From NCBI GenBank assembly GCA_965267575.1, contig OZ254086.1:352001-416000 (forward strand): a stretch of 64,000 bases of DNA, read 5' to 3'. Source of the DNA: Calditrichales bacterium. GTDB lineage: Bacteria > Calditrichota > Calditrichia > Calditrichales > J004. The notes under the pieces are model-generated. The model made no database searches and had not been told where the DNA came from. It was given only the letters and a program-made list of their open reading frames with translations. Shown piece after piece: positions 18,930 to 29,300 of the stretch (within the stretch, counting starts at the first letter, position 1; every line of letters starts with the position of its first letter). A program made the translations under genes and the position numbers.

Positions 18930-19631
18930 TTATTTTATTGATTTCAAATACTTTTTATACAGATCGGGTCTGTTGTTTTTTGTTACTTCGATTTTTTCCT
19001 GCTCACGCCAGGCATTTATTTTTTCATGATTACCTGTCAGCAAAACGTCCGGCACTTTGCTACCCTTGTATTCATCGGGCCTCGTGTAATACGGCGCGTC
19101 GAGCAGGTGTTCGGAAAACGAATCGGTCCAGGCCGAATCGATATCCCGGATAACGCCGGGCATCAATCTTACCAGCGAATCAATTATCACCAAAGCGCCG
19201 ATTTCTCCCGAGCTGATGATGTAATCACCAATCGAGATTTCCTGCACGTCATAAAATTCTTTAATGCGCTCATCAATGCCTTTGTAGTGTCCGCACAAAA
19301 AAACCAGGTGATCAACCAGGCTTAGCTTTGTGGCCATCTCCTGGCTGTATGTTTGGCCCCGGGGAGAAGGCATTACGATGCGTGCTTCATCCAGGCGACT
19401 TTGCGCATCAATGTGCCGCAGGCACCGGTCAAAAGGCTCGATCTTTAAAACCATGCCCGGTCCGCCGCCATACGGATAATCGTCGATTGTCTTATGCTTG
19501 TCATCCGTATAATCACGCAGATTATGCAGGAAGACATCAACGGCTCCCTTTTCCCGCCCTTTGCGGATGATGCTCTGCTGCAAAGGCAGATCGAGAATAT
19601 CAGGAAACCCGGTGACTATATCGATTCGCAT
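18930..19631 (-). CDS. trmD: tRNA (guanine-N1)-methyltransferase
   Basis: [51 protein letters not shown]. Confidence 0.98.
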   Translation of the reverse strand: MRIDIVTGFPDILDLPLQQSIIRKGREKGAVDVFLHNLRDYTDDKHKTIDDYPYGGGPGMVLKIEPFDRCLRHIDAQSRLDEARIVMPSPRGQTYSQEMATKLSLVDHLVFLCGHYKGIDERIKEFYDVQEISIGDYIISSGEIGALVIIDSLVRLMPGVIRDIDSAWTDSFSEHLLDAPYYTRPDEYKGSKVPDVLLTGNHEKINAWREQEKIEVTKNNRPDLYKKYLKSIK

Positions 19632-19643
19632 GTCATAGAACGT

Positions 19644-20141
19644 TTAATCAAAAAGGCCATCCATCACTCGGATGACGATTTTTCTGTTTTCAACATCAAC
19701 CTGCCGTACAAACTCTTTTACCGCCGGGACCATCTGCTCTTTTCCAAACCGGTCCTCAACAACAAGTATGTCGTTGGCAGGATAATTTTCTACGCGTTTT
19801 ACTACTCCGAGCAATACACCCTGCTCGTCAAACACCTGCAACCCCTCCAGCTCATGCTGGTAGAATTCATCTTCTTCCAGCTCATACAGCTCGTCTTCGG
19901 GGATACACAGATCATGACCTCGCAAAAGCTCGGCCTGGTTTCTGTCGTTAATCTCGGAGAATTTTATAAAAGCAAAACGGTTCGAAAAGCGGGTCGCTTC
20001 GACGGTAAGAGCCTTGTAATCTTCGCCTTTAAGATAAAGCGTTTCAATTTCTTCCAGGTGCTCGGGGAAAGATGTCAGCACTTCAACCTTCACTTCTCCC
20101 TTTATGCCCTGGGGCTTTAAAACCGTTGCTACCGCATACAT
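19644..20141 (-). CDS. rimM: Ribosome maturation factor RimM
   Basis: PQGIKGEVKV, DRNQAELLRG, EDEFY..EL.GL.V, ANDILVV; canonical synteny. Confidence 0.96.
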   Translation of the reverse strand: MYAVATVLKPQGIKGEVKVEVLTSFPEHLEEIETLYLKGEDYKALTVEATRFSNRFAFIKFSEINDRNQAELLRGHDLCIPEDELYELEEDEFYQHELEGLQVFDEQGVLLGVVKRVENYPANDILVVEDRFGKEQMVPAVKEFVRQVDVENRKIVIRVMDGLFD

Positions 20142-20151
20142 ACCGGGTGAC

Positions 20152-20382
20152 TTATTCCAGGATCTCCAGAACGGCGCGTTTGCCCGCTTTGGCAGAAGCA
20201 GCGGCCAACAGCGTCCGTATGGATTTTGCCGTTTGTCCGCGTTTACCGATCACCTTGCCCAGATCACCATCTCCCACGCGCAGTTCATATACTGTCACGC
20301 GCTCACCTTCAACTTCGGTGACTTCCACCTCTTCAGGCTTATCCACAAGATGCTTGGCGATGAATTCGACAAATTCCTTCAT
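20152..20382 (-). CDS. khpA: KH-domain RNA-binding protein (KhpA/YlqC)
   Basis: [28 protein letters not shown]; between rpsP and rimM. Confidence 0.93.
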   Translation of the reverse strand: MKEFVEFIAKHLVDKPEEVEVTEVEGERVTVYELRVGDGDLGKVIGKRGQTAKSIRTLLAAASAKAGKRAVLEILE

Positions 20383-20440
20383 ATCGGTGCCTCCCGTTAG
20401 TTAGTAGTAACCGTATTCGCTTAGAACACCCGAAGGGAGC

Positions 20441-20968
20441 TTATTCGTCCTTGGAATCGTCACTGGAAGCGGCGTCAGCCTGTTCTTCAGCCGGCTCTTC
20501 CGCTTCTGCTTCAGCAGCGGGAGCAGCAGCTTTTTTAGGCTCCTCGGCCTCTTCAGCTTTCGCTTCCTCTTTTTGCTTCTCTTCAGCCTTCTTCTTGGCT
20601 TCTTCGGCAGCTTTTTTCTCTTTTTCAACTAAGCGCTTGGATTTCTCTTCCTGCGCTTTTTGCCAGTTTTCCATCTCCTGGGCAATTTTTGCTTCATCAG
20701 CGCCCTGTTTAATCAGGGTCCACTTAAGCCAAAGCCCTTCGCGACGCAGCAGACTGCGCACCGTATCCGACGGCTGGGCTCCGTTATTCAGCCAGTAAAA
20801 CACACGCTCCTCTTCACAATTAACCAGATGCGGTGAAGCGATGGGATCGTATGTACCTACCATTTCGATAAAACGTCCATCACGTGGTGACCGACTATCG
20901 GCCGCTACTATACGATAATAGGGACGTTTTTTGCGACCCATGCGGCGAAGTCTCAACTTAACAGCCAA
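20441..20968 (-). CDS. rpsP: 30S ribosomal protein S16 with long charged C-terminal tail
   Basis: [47 protein letters not shown]. Confidence 0.99.
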   Translation of the reverse strand: MAVKLRLRRMGRKKRPYYRIVAADSRSPRDGRFIEMVGTYDPIASPHLVNCEEERVFYWLNNGAQPSDTVRSLLRREGLWLKWTLIKQGADEAKIAQEMENWQKAQEEKSKRLVEKEKKAAEEAKKKAEEKQKEEAKAEEAEEPKKAAAPAAEAEAEEPAEEQADAASSDDSKDE

Positions 20969-20997
20969 AATTTACCTCCAACTTAATTCTCAGCATT

Positions 20998-22317
20998 TTA
21001 ATTAAACGGTAAGCCACGCATACCCTTCATCGGTTTTCCGCGCAGCTGTTTTATCATCTTTTTCATCTGATCGTATTGCTTGATCAGTTGGTTTACATCC
21101 TGAACACGGGTTCCACTGCCACGTGCAATACGCTTGCGCCGGCTCCCGTTTAAAATCTGCGGCTTGCGCCTCTCTTCGCGCGTCATCGAATGGATGATCG
21201 CTTCCGTGCGGGTGAACGCACCCTGATCCACTTTGGCGTTCTTAAGCTGACCCCCCATGCCGGGAATCATGCCCAGCAGATTTTCAAGCGGCCCCATCTT
21301 CTTGATCTGTTGCAACTGGTCAAGAAAATCTTCCAGCGAAAACTCGTTCTTTCTGAGCCGCTCTTCAAGTTTCGCCGCTTTGTCCTCATCGTATGACTCC
21401 TGCGCCTTCTCCACAAAGCTGACAATGTCACCCATGCCCAATATACGCGAAGCCATGCGATCAGGAAAAAATTGTTCAAGGGCTTCCGGTTTTTCTCCCG
21501 TGCCGATAAACTTGATCGGCTTGCCTGTCACAGCACGCACCGAAAGCGCAGCACCGCCGCGGGTATCGCCGTCCATTTTGGTAAGGACGACGCCATCATA
21601 CTCCAGGCGCTCACGGAAGGCCTGCGCCGTATTGACAGCATCCTGGCCCGTCATCCCGTCCGCAACAAACAGAATTTCGTGCGGCCGCACACGATTCTTG
21701 ACATTTGCCAGTTCACGCATCATTTCTTCATCGACGTGCAGGCGGCCGGCCGTGTCAAGTATTACCGTGTCGCACATTTTGCGGCGCGATTCGGCAACAG
21801 CATTTAAACCAATTTTCAATGGGTCGCCAATGCCCTCTTCGTAAACGGGCACATTGAGATTCTGACCCAACACTTTAAGCTGCTGAATGGCAGCCGGACG
21901 ATAGACGTCCAGGGCGGCCAGCATCGGTTTGCGGCCGCGCTTTTGCAGAAAATAAGCCAGCTTGGCTGCGAATGTCGTTTTACCCGAACCCTGAAGCCCG
22001 GCAATCATAATGATTGTGGGGGGTATTCCGGCAGTCTTTAACTGCGTAGTTGATGTGCCCAGCAATTTGATGAGCTCATCATTAACGATTTTAACGATCA
22101 GCTGGCCGGGGGTTACGCTCTTGAGCACTTCCTCGCCAATGGCCTTTTCGCGAACCGATTCGATAAAATCTTTAGCAACCTTATAGTTAACGTCCGCTTC
22201 CAGCAAGGCCCGTCTGATCTCTTTCAAAGAATCAGCGATATTCTCTTCGGTAAGCTTTCCGTAACCGCGCAGTTTCCGTAATGTCGATTCCAGCCTGGAG
22301 CTTAATTCTTCAAGCAT
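20998..22317 (-). CDS. ffh: Signal recognition particle protein
   Basis: ALLEADV, GLQGSGKTT, DTAGR, TKMDGDTRGGAALS, RILGMGD, Met-rich M domain. Confidence 0.99.
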   Translation of the reverse strand: MLEELSSRLESTLRKLRGYGKLTEENIADSLKEIRRALLEADVNYKVAKDFIESVREKAIGEEVLKSVTPGQLIVKIVNDELIKLLGTSTTQLKTAGIPPTIIMIAGLQGSGKTTFAAKLAYFLQKRGRKPMLAALDVYRPAAIQQLKVLGQNLNVPVYEEGIGDPLKIGLNAVAESRRKMCDTVILDTAGRLHVDEEMMRELANVKNRVRPHEILFVADGMTGQDAVNTAQAFRERLEYDGVVLTKMDGDTRGGAALSVRAVTGKPIKFIGTGEKPEALEQFFPDRMASRILGMGDIVSFVEKAQESYDEDKAAKLEERLRKNEFSLEDFLDQLQQIKKMGPLENLLGMIPGMGGQLKNAKVDQGAFTRTEAIIHSMTREERRKPQILNGSRRKRIARGSGTRVQDVNQLIKQYDQMKKMIKQLRGKPMKGMRGLPFN

Positions 22318-22354
22318 CTCTTTGTCATTCCGATACAAAAGGTTATGACCGGCA

Positions 22355-22383
22355 AATTTACAACCCGCCTATTGTTTTAGCAA
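22355..22383 (-). promoter_or_regulatory. Putative sigma70 promoter of the ffh-rpsP operon
   Basis: Minus strand TTGCTA, 17-nt spacer, TAAATT. Confidence 0.5.
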
Positions 22384-22401
22384 ATTTATAATATAAGGCT
22401 T

Positions 22402-23715
22402 TTACACTCTCTTAAGCAAGGCGTAAAAGCCCCCATCACAGTTATTTAAATGTGAAAAAGTACGTATAAATTTCTCTCCGGCACTATAGAACGGAAAGTC
22501 ATTTGGCGGCTCCTTAAGTTCAAGCCCGGCATTCTCGTTTATAAGCGCTGTAATCGTCTCCTCATTTTCCAGCGGATCGATCGTACAGGTGCTATAGACC
22601 ATGCGTCCGCCCGGCTTGAGTGTTTTACTCAGACTGCTAACAATCTCAATTTGAAGCTTGCTGAATTTCTTTACGTCTTCAAAGGTCCTGCGCCACTTTA
22701 TATCCGGATGCTTCTGTATAACGCCGAGACCGCTGCAGGGCGCGTCGCACAAAACCGCATCAAAAGATTTTCGGAAAGGCAAATGCCGGGCATCGCCGAT
22801 GATCACGTGGGCCTTCAGGCCCAGCCTGCGCAGATTGGCCTGAATCGTTATTGCCCGCGTTGCATCACTTTCCAGGGCCAGTGCGTTGCAGGATGGCTGT
22901 TGCTCGAGAACATGCGTTAGTTTGCCACCCGGGGCGGCGCAGGCGTCCAGAAACCAATCATCCGCCTCCACGTCAAGAAGCAGCCCGGGCAGGGCCGCCG
23001 ACTCATCCTGAATGCTGCACAGGCCCTGCTCAAATAAACCCGCCGCCAGCAACGGCTGAACCTGCTTCAGGCGGACAAAACTCTCGCCCAGCCGCGACTC
23101 TTCAAACTCGACGTTTTCTTGACTCAGACGTTCCCTGAAGTCCCGCGGACTTATTTTTGTAAGATTGATGCGCACATCGAAATCGGGTAGTTTATTCAGC
23201 GCGACACACAGCGCTTCGCAAAACTCGCCGCCCCACAACTTCATCCAGCGCTTTACCATCCACAACGGCATCGACTGTTCCGTGGCTATACGTTCTTCAA
23301 TCGAATTGTACTTTTCCGGCAACTTGTTTCCGGGCAAGCGCAGAAAGCTGCGCAGAATGGCGTTCACCAGCCCGGCACTGCGCCTGTTCAGCAACGTGCG
23401 CGTGAGGTTGACGTAGGCGTTTACAGGACCGTGCGGCGCGCTTTGCATGAAATCCAGCTCATAAAGCCCCATGCGCAGCAGAACGCGTGTTTTGCCCTGC
23501 ATTTTTTTGAAATTGCCATCATATAGTTTTTTTATATACGCGTCCAGGCGGGCTTGCCAGCGCACCACACCGGCGTAAAGGTTTTTAAGATGACGCTGTT
23601 GCTGCGGGTCCAGCGCCATGTTTTTAAAATGGCGCCTTTCCAGAACATCAAGTCGTTCTCGATTTTGCTCAAAATCCCACAGGATTTTGAAAGCGATGTG
23701 GCGTTCGGTGCTCAT
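22402..23715 (-). CDS. rsmB: 16S rRNA m5C967 methyltransferase (Sun/RsmB)
   Basis: NusB-like N-domain (LVNAILR), IQDESA, DACAAPGGK, DAPCSGLG, YSTCT, DGGFYA. Confidence 0.93.
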   Translation of the reverse strand: MSTERHIAFKILWDFEQNRERLDVLERRHFKNMALDPQQQRHLKNLYAGVVRWQARLDAYIKKLYDGNFKKMQGKTRVLLRMGLYELDFMQSAPHGPVNAYVNLTRTLLNRRSAGLVNAILRSFLRLPGNKLPEKYNSIEERIATEQSMPLWMVKRWMKLWGGEFCEALCVALNKLPDFDVRINLTKISPRDFRERLSQENVEFEESRLGESFVRLKQVQPLLAAGLFEQGLCSIQDESAALPGLLLDVEADDWFLDACAAPGGKLTHVLEQQPSCNALALESDATRAITIQANLRRLGLKAHVIIGDARHLPFRKSFDAVLCDAPCSGLGVIQKHPDIKWRRTFEDVKKFSKLQIEIVSSLSKTLKPGGRMVYSTCTIDPLENEETITALINENAGLELKEPPNDFPFYSAGEKFIRTFSHLNNCDGGFYALLKRV

Positions 23716-23745
23716 TGTTGAATTGTTGAATTGTTGAATTGTTGA
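23714..23745. repeat. Perfect octamer tandem repeat (ATTGTTGA)x4 abutting the rsmB start
   Basis: Read directly: attgttga attgttga attgttga attgttga. On the minus strand the last unit supplies the AT of the ATG. Confidence 0.92.
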
Positions 23746-23803
23746 AAATAGCCAATTTTTTGGGGTGCCGGCAATGATGGACGATGATTTAATCACGCTT
23801 CAA

Positions 23804-24679
23804 TTATCCCGGGTTCAATATTTGCGCGATCGTTTTGCTAATGGCCGGAAGTATGAGTGCGCGGTGAATTTCTTCGCGGCGGCTTATCATGGTTGTGTCC
23901 GCCGGACGCGCCGGGCCACCAACATCTTTTAGCGAGATCGCCTTTAACCTGTCCCGACTGTATTGCAAAGTATCGCATATTTTTTGGCCCAATTGCAGAC
24001 GGTTGATCCGCTCTCCGCCGGGCAAATGCAAGATGCCTGTTGTATTTTTATCTGCCAGATCCCAAATAGCCCCGGCAGCAAAAGAGGCAGCCAGTGGTGT
24101 GCGCCATTCATCAATAAAGAGCGGCACCTCCTGATTGCTTTTCAGCCGTGTGATGAGCCAATCTACAAAATTTTTATGCCTGCCGAGACCGGCGCACAGC
24201 AAAAGCGGCAATCGAACGACCAGCACATTGTCCTGTGTTTGAAGAACTTCCCTCTCTGCTTCCAGTTTTGAGCGGCCGTAAACGTTGACGGGCATACAAA
24301 CGCTACCTTCGGAATAAGGGGCGTTGTCCCCGTCAAAAACGATGTCCGTGGAGAGAAAAACGAAACGAGCTCCCTGTACTGCGGCCCAGCCGGCCAGTTC
24401 AGCGGAGGCATCGCGGTTGATTTGAAAGGCCTGTCGTGGGTGCTTTTCACATTCGGCCAGGGATGACATGGCAGCGGTGTGTATCACAAGGTCGAAGCGG
24501 AGTGTTTTTAGCTGCGGCGCAATCTCACTTGCCAAATCAAGGTTGACCAGGCGCTCTGGTGCAAGATTGGTTGAATGAGGTTTTGCGCGGACGGTCCCGA
24601 AAAGCTCCGCACCGGGCGGTACATGCTTTTGAAGGTATTGAGCCAGGTAGCCGTCAGCGCCGGTAAGCAGGACGCGCAT
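23804..24679 (-). CDS. RmlD-like extended SDR oxidoreductase
   Basis: TGADGYLA, HTAA, STDIVFDG, PVNVYGRSK (YxxxK), DEWRTP. Confidence 0.88.
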   Translation of the reverse strand: MRVLLTGADGYLAQYLQKHVPPGAELFGTVRAKPHSTNLAPERLVNLDLASEIAPQLKTLRFDLVIHTAAMSSLAECEKHPRQAFQINRDASAELAGWAAVQGARFVFLSTDIVFDGDNAPYSEGSVCMPVNVYGRSKLEAEREVLQTQDNVLVVRLPLLLCAGLGRHKNFVDWLITRLKSNQEVPLFIDEWRTPLAASFAAGAIWDLADKNTTGILHLPGGERINRLQLGQKICDTLQYSRDRLKAISLKDVGGPARPADTTMISRREEIHRALILPAISKTIAQILNPG

Positions 24680-24680
24680 G

Positions 24681-25442
24681 TTAAAAGCGGTGGCTTAAAC
24701 GCAGACCCCAGACCGGGGCATTATAATAATCATCCACGAAAAAGCGGTATTCTGTTTTGGCGGCAAGCGCTTTGTTGTGTTTTCGCGCCAGACGCATAGC
24801 GTTAATACCGCTGACCAGGTGATTGACCAGAATACCCGTGATAATATAGACTTCACGGCTTTCCACGTTAACCGCATCAAGCCTTTTGGCATCGTACTTC
24901 AGGCGGTTTTGGCGACTGTCCCATTCCCAGTAAAACGCTTCGGTGTTGGTGTAAAGCGCGTCCACATTGCGGTCGCGCAATCGCTGTTCATTATAGGCAT
25001 AAATGTCATCAAACTTGCCGATGTTGATCCAGTACTGCTTGTCCTTGCCCGCCCGGCTTACGTCGGCATGCTGGGCGGCAAAGGTGCGGTAATTATCGCG
25101 CAGATTGTTAAAGTGGTAATCGTTTAAAATAAGCGCGGACCAGGCCAGCACTTCCATGCCCAGAAAAAAACCGGCGTGGCCTTTTTCGCCAACATAGTAT
25201 TCTCCTGCCCCGGGCAGCAGCAGGCTAAAAAGCAAGGCGCGGCCTACAGATTTTTTTTCGGCAGCCACATCGAAGCTATAAGGAGACGGAATCCCGTTTT
25301 CCGTTTGCAGATTGTATTCACTGTTCAACATATCGCGGCCCTCGCTAAAAGGCAGCACCTGCACATCCTGGGCCTGCAATGAAGCAAAAGTCAGAAAAAA
25401 AGCAATCGCAAAAAAACGTATTAAAAAAGCCGAATTTACCAT
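24681..25442 (-). CDS. DUF5683-like exported/membrane protein (paralog B)
   Basis: KKSVGRALLFSLLLPGAGEYY and NHLVSGINA motifs, terminal aromatic strand LRLSHRF. Confidence 0.75.
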   Translation of the reverse strand: MVNSAFLIRFFAIAFFLTFASLQAQDVQVLPFSEGRDMLNSEYNLQTENGIPSPYSFDVAAEKKSVGRALLFSLLLPGAGEYYVGEKGHAGFFLGMEVLAWSALILNDYHFNNLRDNYRTFAAQHADVSRAGKDKQYWINIGKFDDIYAYNEQRLRDRNVDALYTNTEAFYWEWDSRQNRLKYDAKRLDAVNVESREVYIITGILVNHLVSGINAMRLARKHNKALAAKTEYRFFVDDYYNAPVWGLRLSHRF

Positions 25443-26314
25443 GCCACACTCACTCCCAGGGTGTTTACCGCCTCGCCGGCGTAGATCTTCTGCCCGCCGT
25501 AAAAAGAAGCCTGTACCCTTTTGTTGTAGCTGCGCGCTGTGAACGCGGCGTCAAAAGCGCTGACCAGGTGATTGAGCATGATGACGGTGGCCATGTTTGT
25601 AGCCATTTGATAAAGATCGTTGCTCTTGTTGCGCAGACTGCGGTAGTGCTGAATATTGGGCGTAAGATTGCCGCTGTTGGCACCGGCATCATAGTAGGTC
25701 CAGCTCGGCACATCATCCCAGCCGGAGCCGAACTGACTGAGGTATTTGTAAATCATCTCGTAATATTGCTGGGTTTTGGTATTGGGCAGCGTGTGGGTAA
25801 AACCGGGGTATCCGGCGCTGCTTTCCAGGTCGCGCAGGCGGTTGATATTCGTGCTGGTATAGTCAGCATCGCTGATAACGCCGCTGCCTTGAGTTTGCAG
25901 CTGATCGTATTGCCAGTCATCGTTTTCCAGGGCCAGCATATAAACCTTGCTCCAATAGCGCTGTTCGCTCCAGTGCTCGTCACCGAAGTCTCTCATCTGC
26001 GCGTCCTTGTCGTCTCCGCGTGCATCGTAGCTGAAATAACCGGCGATGGCAGCCACTTCCACCACGGCGAACAGCGCGGCTTTCCAGTAGCTCTCGGCGT
26101 AGAATTCACCGGCACCCGGTATCACGGCGGAAAAGAGCGCGGCCTTTAGCGGCGATTTCTCCTGCGCGCGGGCTTCTTCCTGCGTCTGCAGTCGCACGTC
26201 GTTAAGCAGCTTCTGTTTCTCGGCGTTAAACATATGCCGGGAAACTGCAGCGGGCTCTCCGGCCCAGGATGTTGCAGCCAGTAATAAAACGATCAAAATT
26301 AAATTACGCATCAT
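25436..26314 (-). CDS. DUF5683-like exported/membrane protein (paralog A)
   Basis: KSPLKAALFSAVIPGAGEFY, QQYYEMIYKY, NHLVSAFDA, terminal GVSVAW. Confidence 0.75.
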   Translation of the reverse strand: MMRNLILIVLLLAATSWAGEPAAVSRHMFNAEKQKLLNDVRLQTQEEARAQEKSPLKAALFSAVIPGAGEFYAESYWKAALFAVVEVAAIAGYFSYDARGDDKDAQMRDFGDEHWSEQRYWSKVYMLALENDDWQYDQLQTQGSGVISDADYTSTNINRLRDLESSAGYPGFTHTLPNTKTQQYYEMIYKYLSQFGSGWDDVPSWTYYDAGANSGNLTPNIQHYRSLRNKSNDLYQMATNMATVIMLNHLVSAFDAAFTARSYNKRVQASFYGGQKIYAGEAVNTLGVSVAW

Positions 26315-26380
26315 ACATCAAACCTCTTTTTAGGCAAAGATAAGGCGGCGGCGCAAAAATAAAAGCACCAATTTGCGACC

Positions 26381-29300
26381 CTACCGGCGAATCGTCCTCA
26401 AAAGGGCCGAGGGCGACAGCCTTTCGCGCAGATCAAACTCAAACAGAACGCCGCCATAAAAACGCCACTCCTTGGGATAAACTACGTCGGCATTGGTCAC
26501 CTCATCCAGCGGATAGGCAGCCTGCACAAAAATGCGCGTCGGGAACAGGTTATACGAAAACGTATCCAGTCGCAGTTCCACGCCGACGTCTCTCTTAAAT
26601 TCCGCGGGATCAATATCGGAAAATTTTGAGGCATTAAAAGCGTTGCCGATTTCATAAAAAGCGCCCAGATAGGCTTTGTCAAAAATGATATGCCCCAACT
26701 TCCAGTCCAGATTCCGGCTCAACGGAAGGCGGTAAGTCAATCCACCGATCAGCATCTGGCGCCCTTCGATGCTGTAGTAGGGATAGCCGCGCAATCCAAG
26801 CAGACCGCCGGCGAAAAAGTTGAAGAAGCTGTCCACCGGCTTATCGATGAAACCGCCGCTGAGCTTAAGACCCAGCGCGTGCGAAGAAAAAAGCGGATTC
26901 TTGAAGTAGGCTTCTCCGCTGAATTCAAGCTGGTGGTATTCGTATAATTTGAAATCTTCCAGCCCAAGCTGGCGGTCCGTGGCAAAGCCCTGGATAAAAT
27001 CGTTGCGCTGATAGCGGTAGCGCGCGAAATAGTAATAACCGCCGGAGGGGCTGATCTCCCTGAATCGGTCCAGGCGCAAAGCATCCTGTGAAATCGTTGC
27101 CTGAATCTCATGGCCGCGCAGATAGTCGTAGCGAATCGTCGGGATCTGGACAATGTCACCGTTTGTATCGCGCGATGTGGCAGGGTCCAGCTTTGCACTG
27201 TACAGGCTGCGCACGTAGGACAAAGAGACGTCCCATGCATTCCAAAGCTTAAAAGCCGCCCCGGCACGGAATTGCAGCAGGTTAAAATTCACGTTTCGCT
27301 TAAAGCGCAAAAACCTGTTTTCCCCGCGCTTGATGCTCAGCGTATCGCTGATATTGGCGGTGGAATTATACGCTTCCAGAAACAACTCAGGACCCAACTC
27401 GCGGTAGGAAAAATAACCGTAGAGATCGTAATCCAGGTCGCTGTTGACCGCTGCTCCGGCCACCAGGCTCATTTCATCCAGCACATCGGAAGAGACAACG
27501 TAAAAGCCGGGCTTGATCGTGCCATAATCGATCAGCAGGCGCGGCAGAATTTGGGTGCCGGTAAATGTGCGTTGATGCGGGCGTGTATCAAATTGTTTGA
27601 TCGTGCTGTCATCAAAGTTTTTGTCGGGTACATTGTCGGGATAAGCGGGATCGTATTGCGCCAGTTGCGGATCGACCGGCTGCGGGTTTTCCAGCAGGTA
27701 AATGTGGTAACCGATGCTGTCATAACAGCTATAGACGATCTCGCCGTTGGAGGCAATCGCAGGCATGAAAGCGCCGCCGGTCACGTTGGTCAGCAGTTCT
27801 GTCTGGCCGCTGTTTAAATCGCGCTTATACAGATTGTAGATGCCTGTGCTGCTGGCGCTGTAATAAAGCGTATTAGGCTCGTCCTTGCGGAATGCCGGGT
27901 AGCGCAGTTCCTCTTCGCCTTCCAGGAGCAGGTCGAATGTACCGCTCTCCAGGCTGTAACGGCCGATGTTGCGGCCATACTCGGTGCTGGTATCAAAAAC
28001 GATTTCCATATCTCCGGGTCGCCAGCGCGGGTGGTATACCTGCCGGCCATCCTGAAAGGCGACCAGCTGCGAAAAGCTGCTGCCCAGGTACGATGCTGGA
28101 CGCAGGGTGTTTTTGCTTTTGTTTGTCACAACGCCGGTTTCAATATCGAATTTTATCTCCGTTTTGTTTTCATCGTCAGAGGGGTTTTCCGGCAATGTCA
28201 AAATATTTAGGGCGTGCAGGCCGTTTGTTGAGCTTACAAACACCAGCTTTTTACCGTCGTTGCTGAATGCAGGATTGGAAGCGCGCATGCCCCAGGTGAT
28301 GCGATGCGTCTCATCTGCCTGCGTATCAAGCAGATAAAGATCATTTCTCAAAGACCTGTTTTTATTGTAATCCTGTTTGGAAAATGCAATGTACCGACCA
28401 TCGGGCGACCAGCTCAGGCTGGATGAAATCTTTGAAGCGAATTCTTTTGTTTCGCCCGTGCCACGATCGTAAACCAGCAAAAAATTCTGACCGAAATAAT
28501 CTTCGCCGCGGTTGGAGACATAGGCAATCTTGCGCGCGTCCGGCGAAAAGACCGGGTAGAGATTACCAAAACCCTCTTTCTCAATCGCCGTACCTTTCAC
28601 TGGATTGGCGCGGATCGTTTCCGTGCGGTTGAGATAAACGGTTGTCAGAGAATCTTTCCAATTGGCGTAAAGAGTATCCGTCGGCACACCACTGGCTTCC
28701 TCCAGCACACCGTCAAAAGTATAGCTGTTCCAGCGGCCGGAGATAGCCGTGATATCGGAAAATATCTTTTCGCCAAAACGGTCGGCCAGGTATTTGCTGA
28801 AGGAAAACCCCAGGTTGTAGCTGGATTCGTTGCCGTGGCTGGTTTTGCCGAATACGGACATTTCGTTGTAGGTCAGCATCTGCTCATTCAAAATGCGGTC
28901 GCGGATGATCATCTCGCGGTGCGGATCGCGGTAATCGAAACGTTTGGCGTCACTCTGATATTGGGAAACACCTTCGGCAAACCACACCGGCATATTGATA
29001 GAGCTGACCGGGTAAGAGACCAGCACGTTGGGAAAACCACGCACCACATCCTTGCGGCGTTCTTCTTCATAACCAAAAAGCTGGAAAAAGCCATAGGGAA
29101 AAGTGAGATTAGATTTCACCGTTTTCTGGATCGAAACCATGTGCACAAATTCGTGGGTGATCACATCGCGCAGCCAGTTTTTGGTTCCGCGCATTACATA
29201 ATCCAGGTTGGTGGCCCAGATCTCCATCTTGTTGTTGAAAAAATAAGCGGCGCCGTTGGAGTAATCGTCCGTATCCTTGATGATCACGTGGATGCGCTCG

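Noticed and set aside
20401-20628. Lys/Arg-rich 75-aa minus-strand ORF
   Set aside because: Alternate-frame reading of the low-complexity S16 tail.
22354-22385. TAAATTTG matching the Bacteroidota TAnnTTTG promoter
   Set aside because: The same bases fit a sigma70 -35/17/-10 arrangement like the other promoters here; one match is not evidence of a Bacteroidota-type sigma factor.
23714-23745. Possible CRISPR array
   Set aside because: Contiguous 8-bp units with no spacers; no cas genes in the window.
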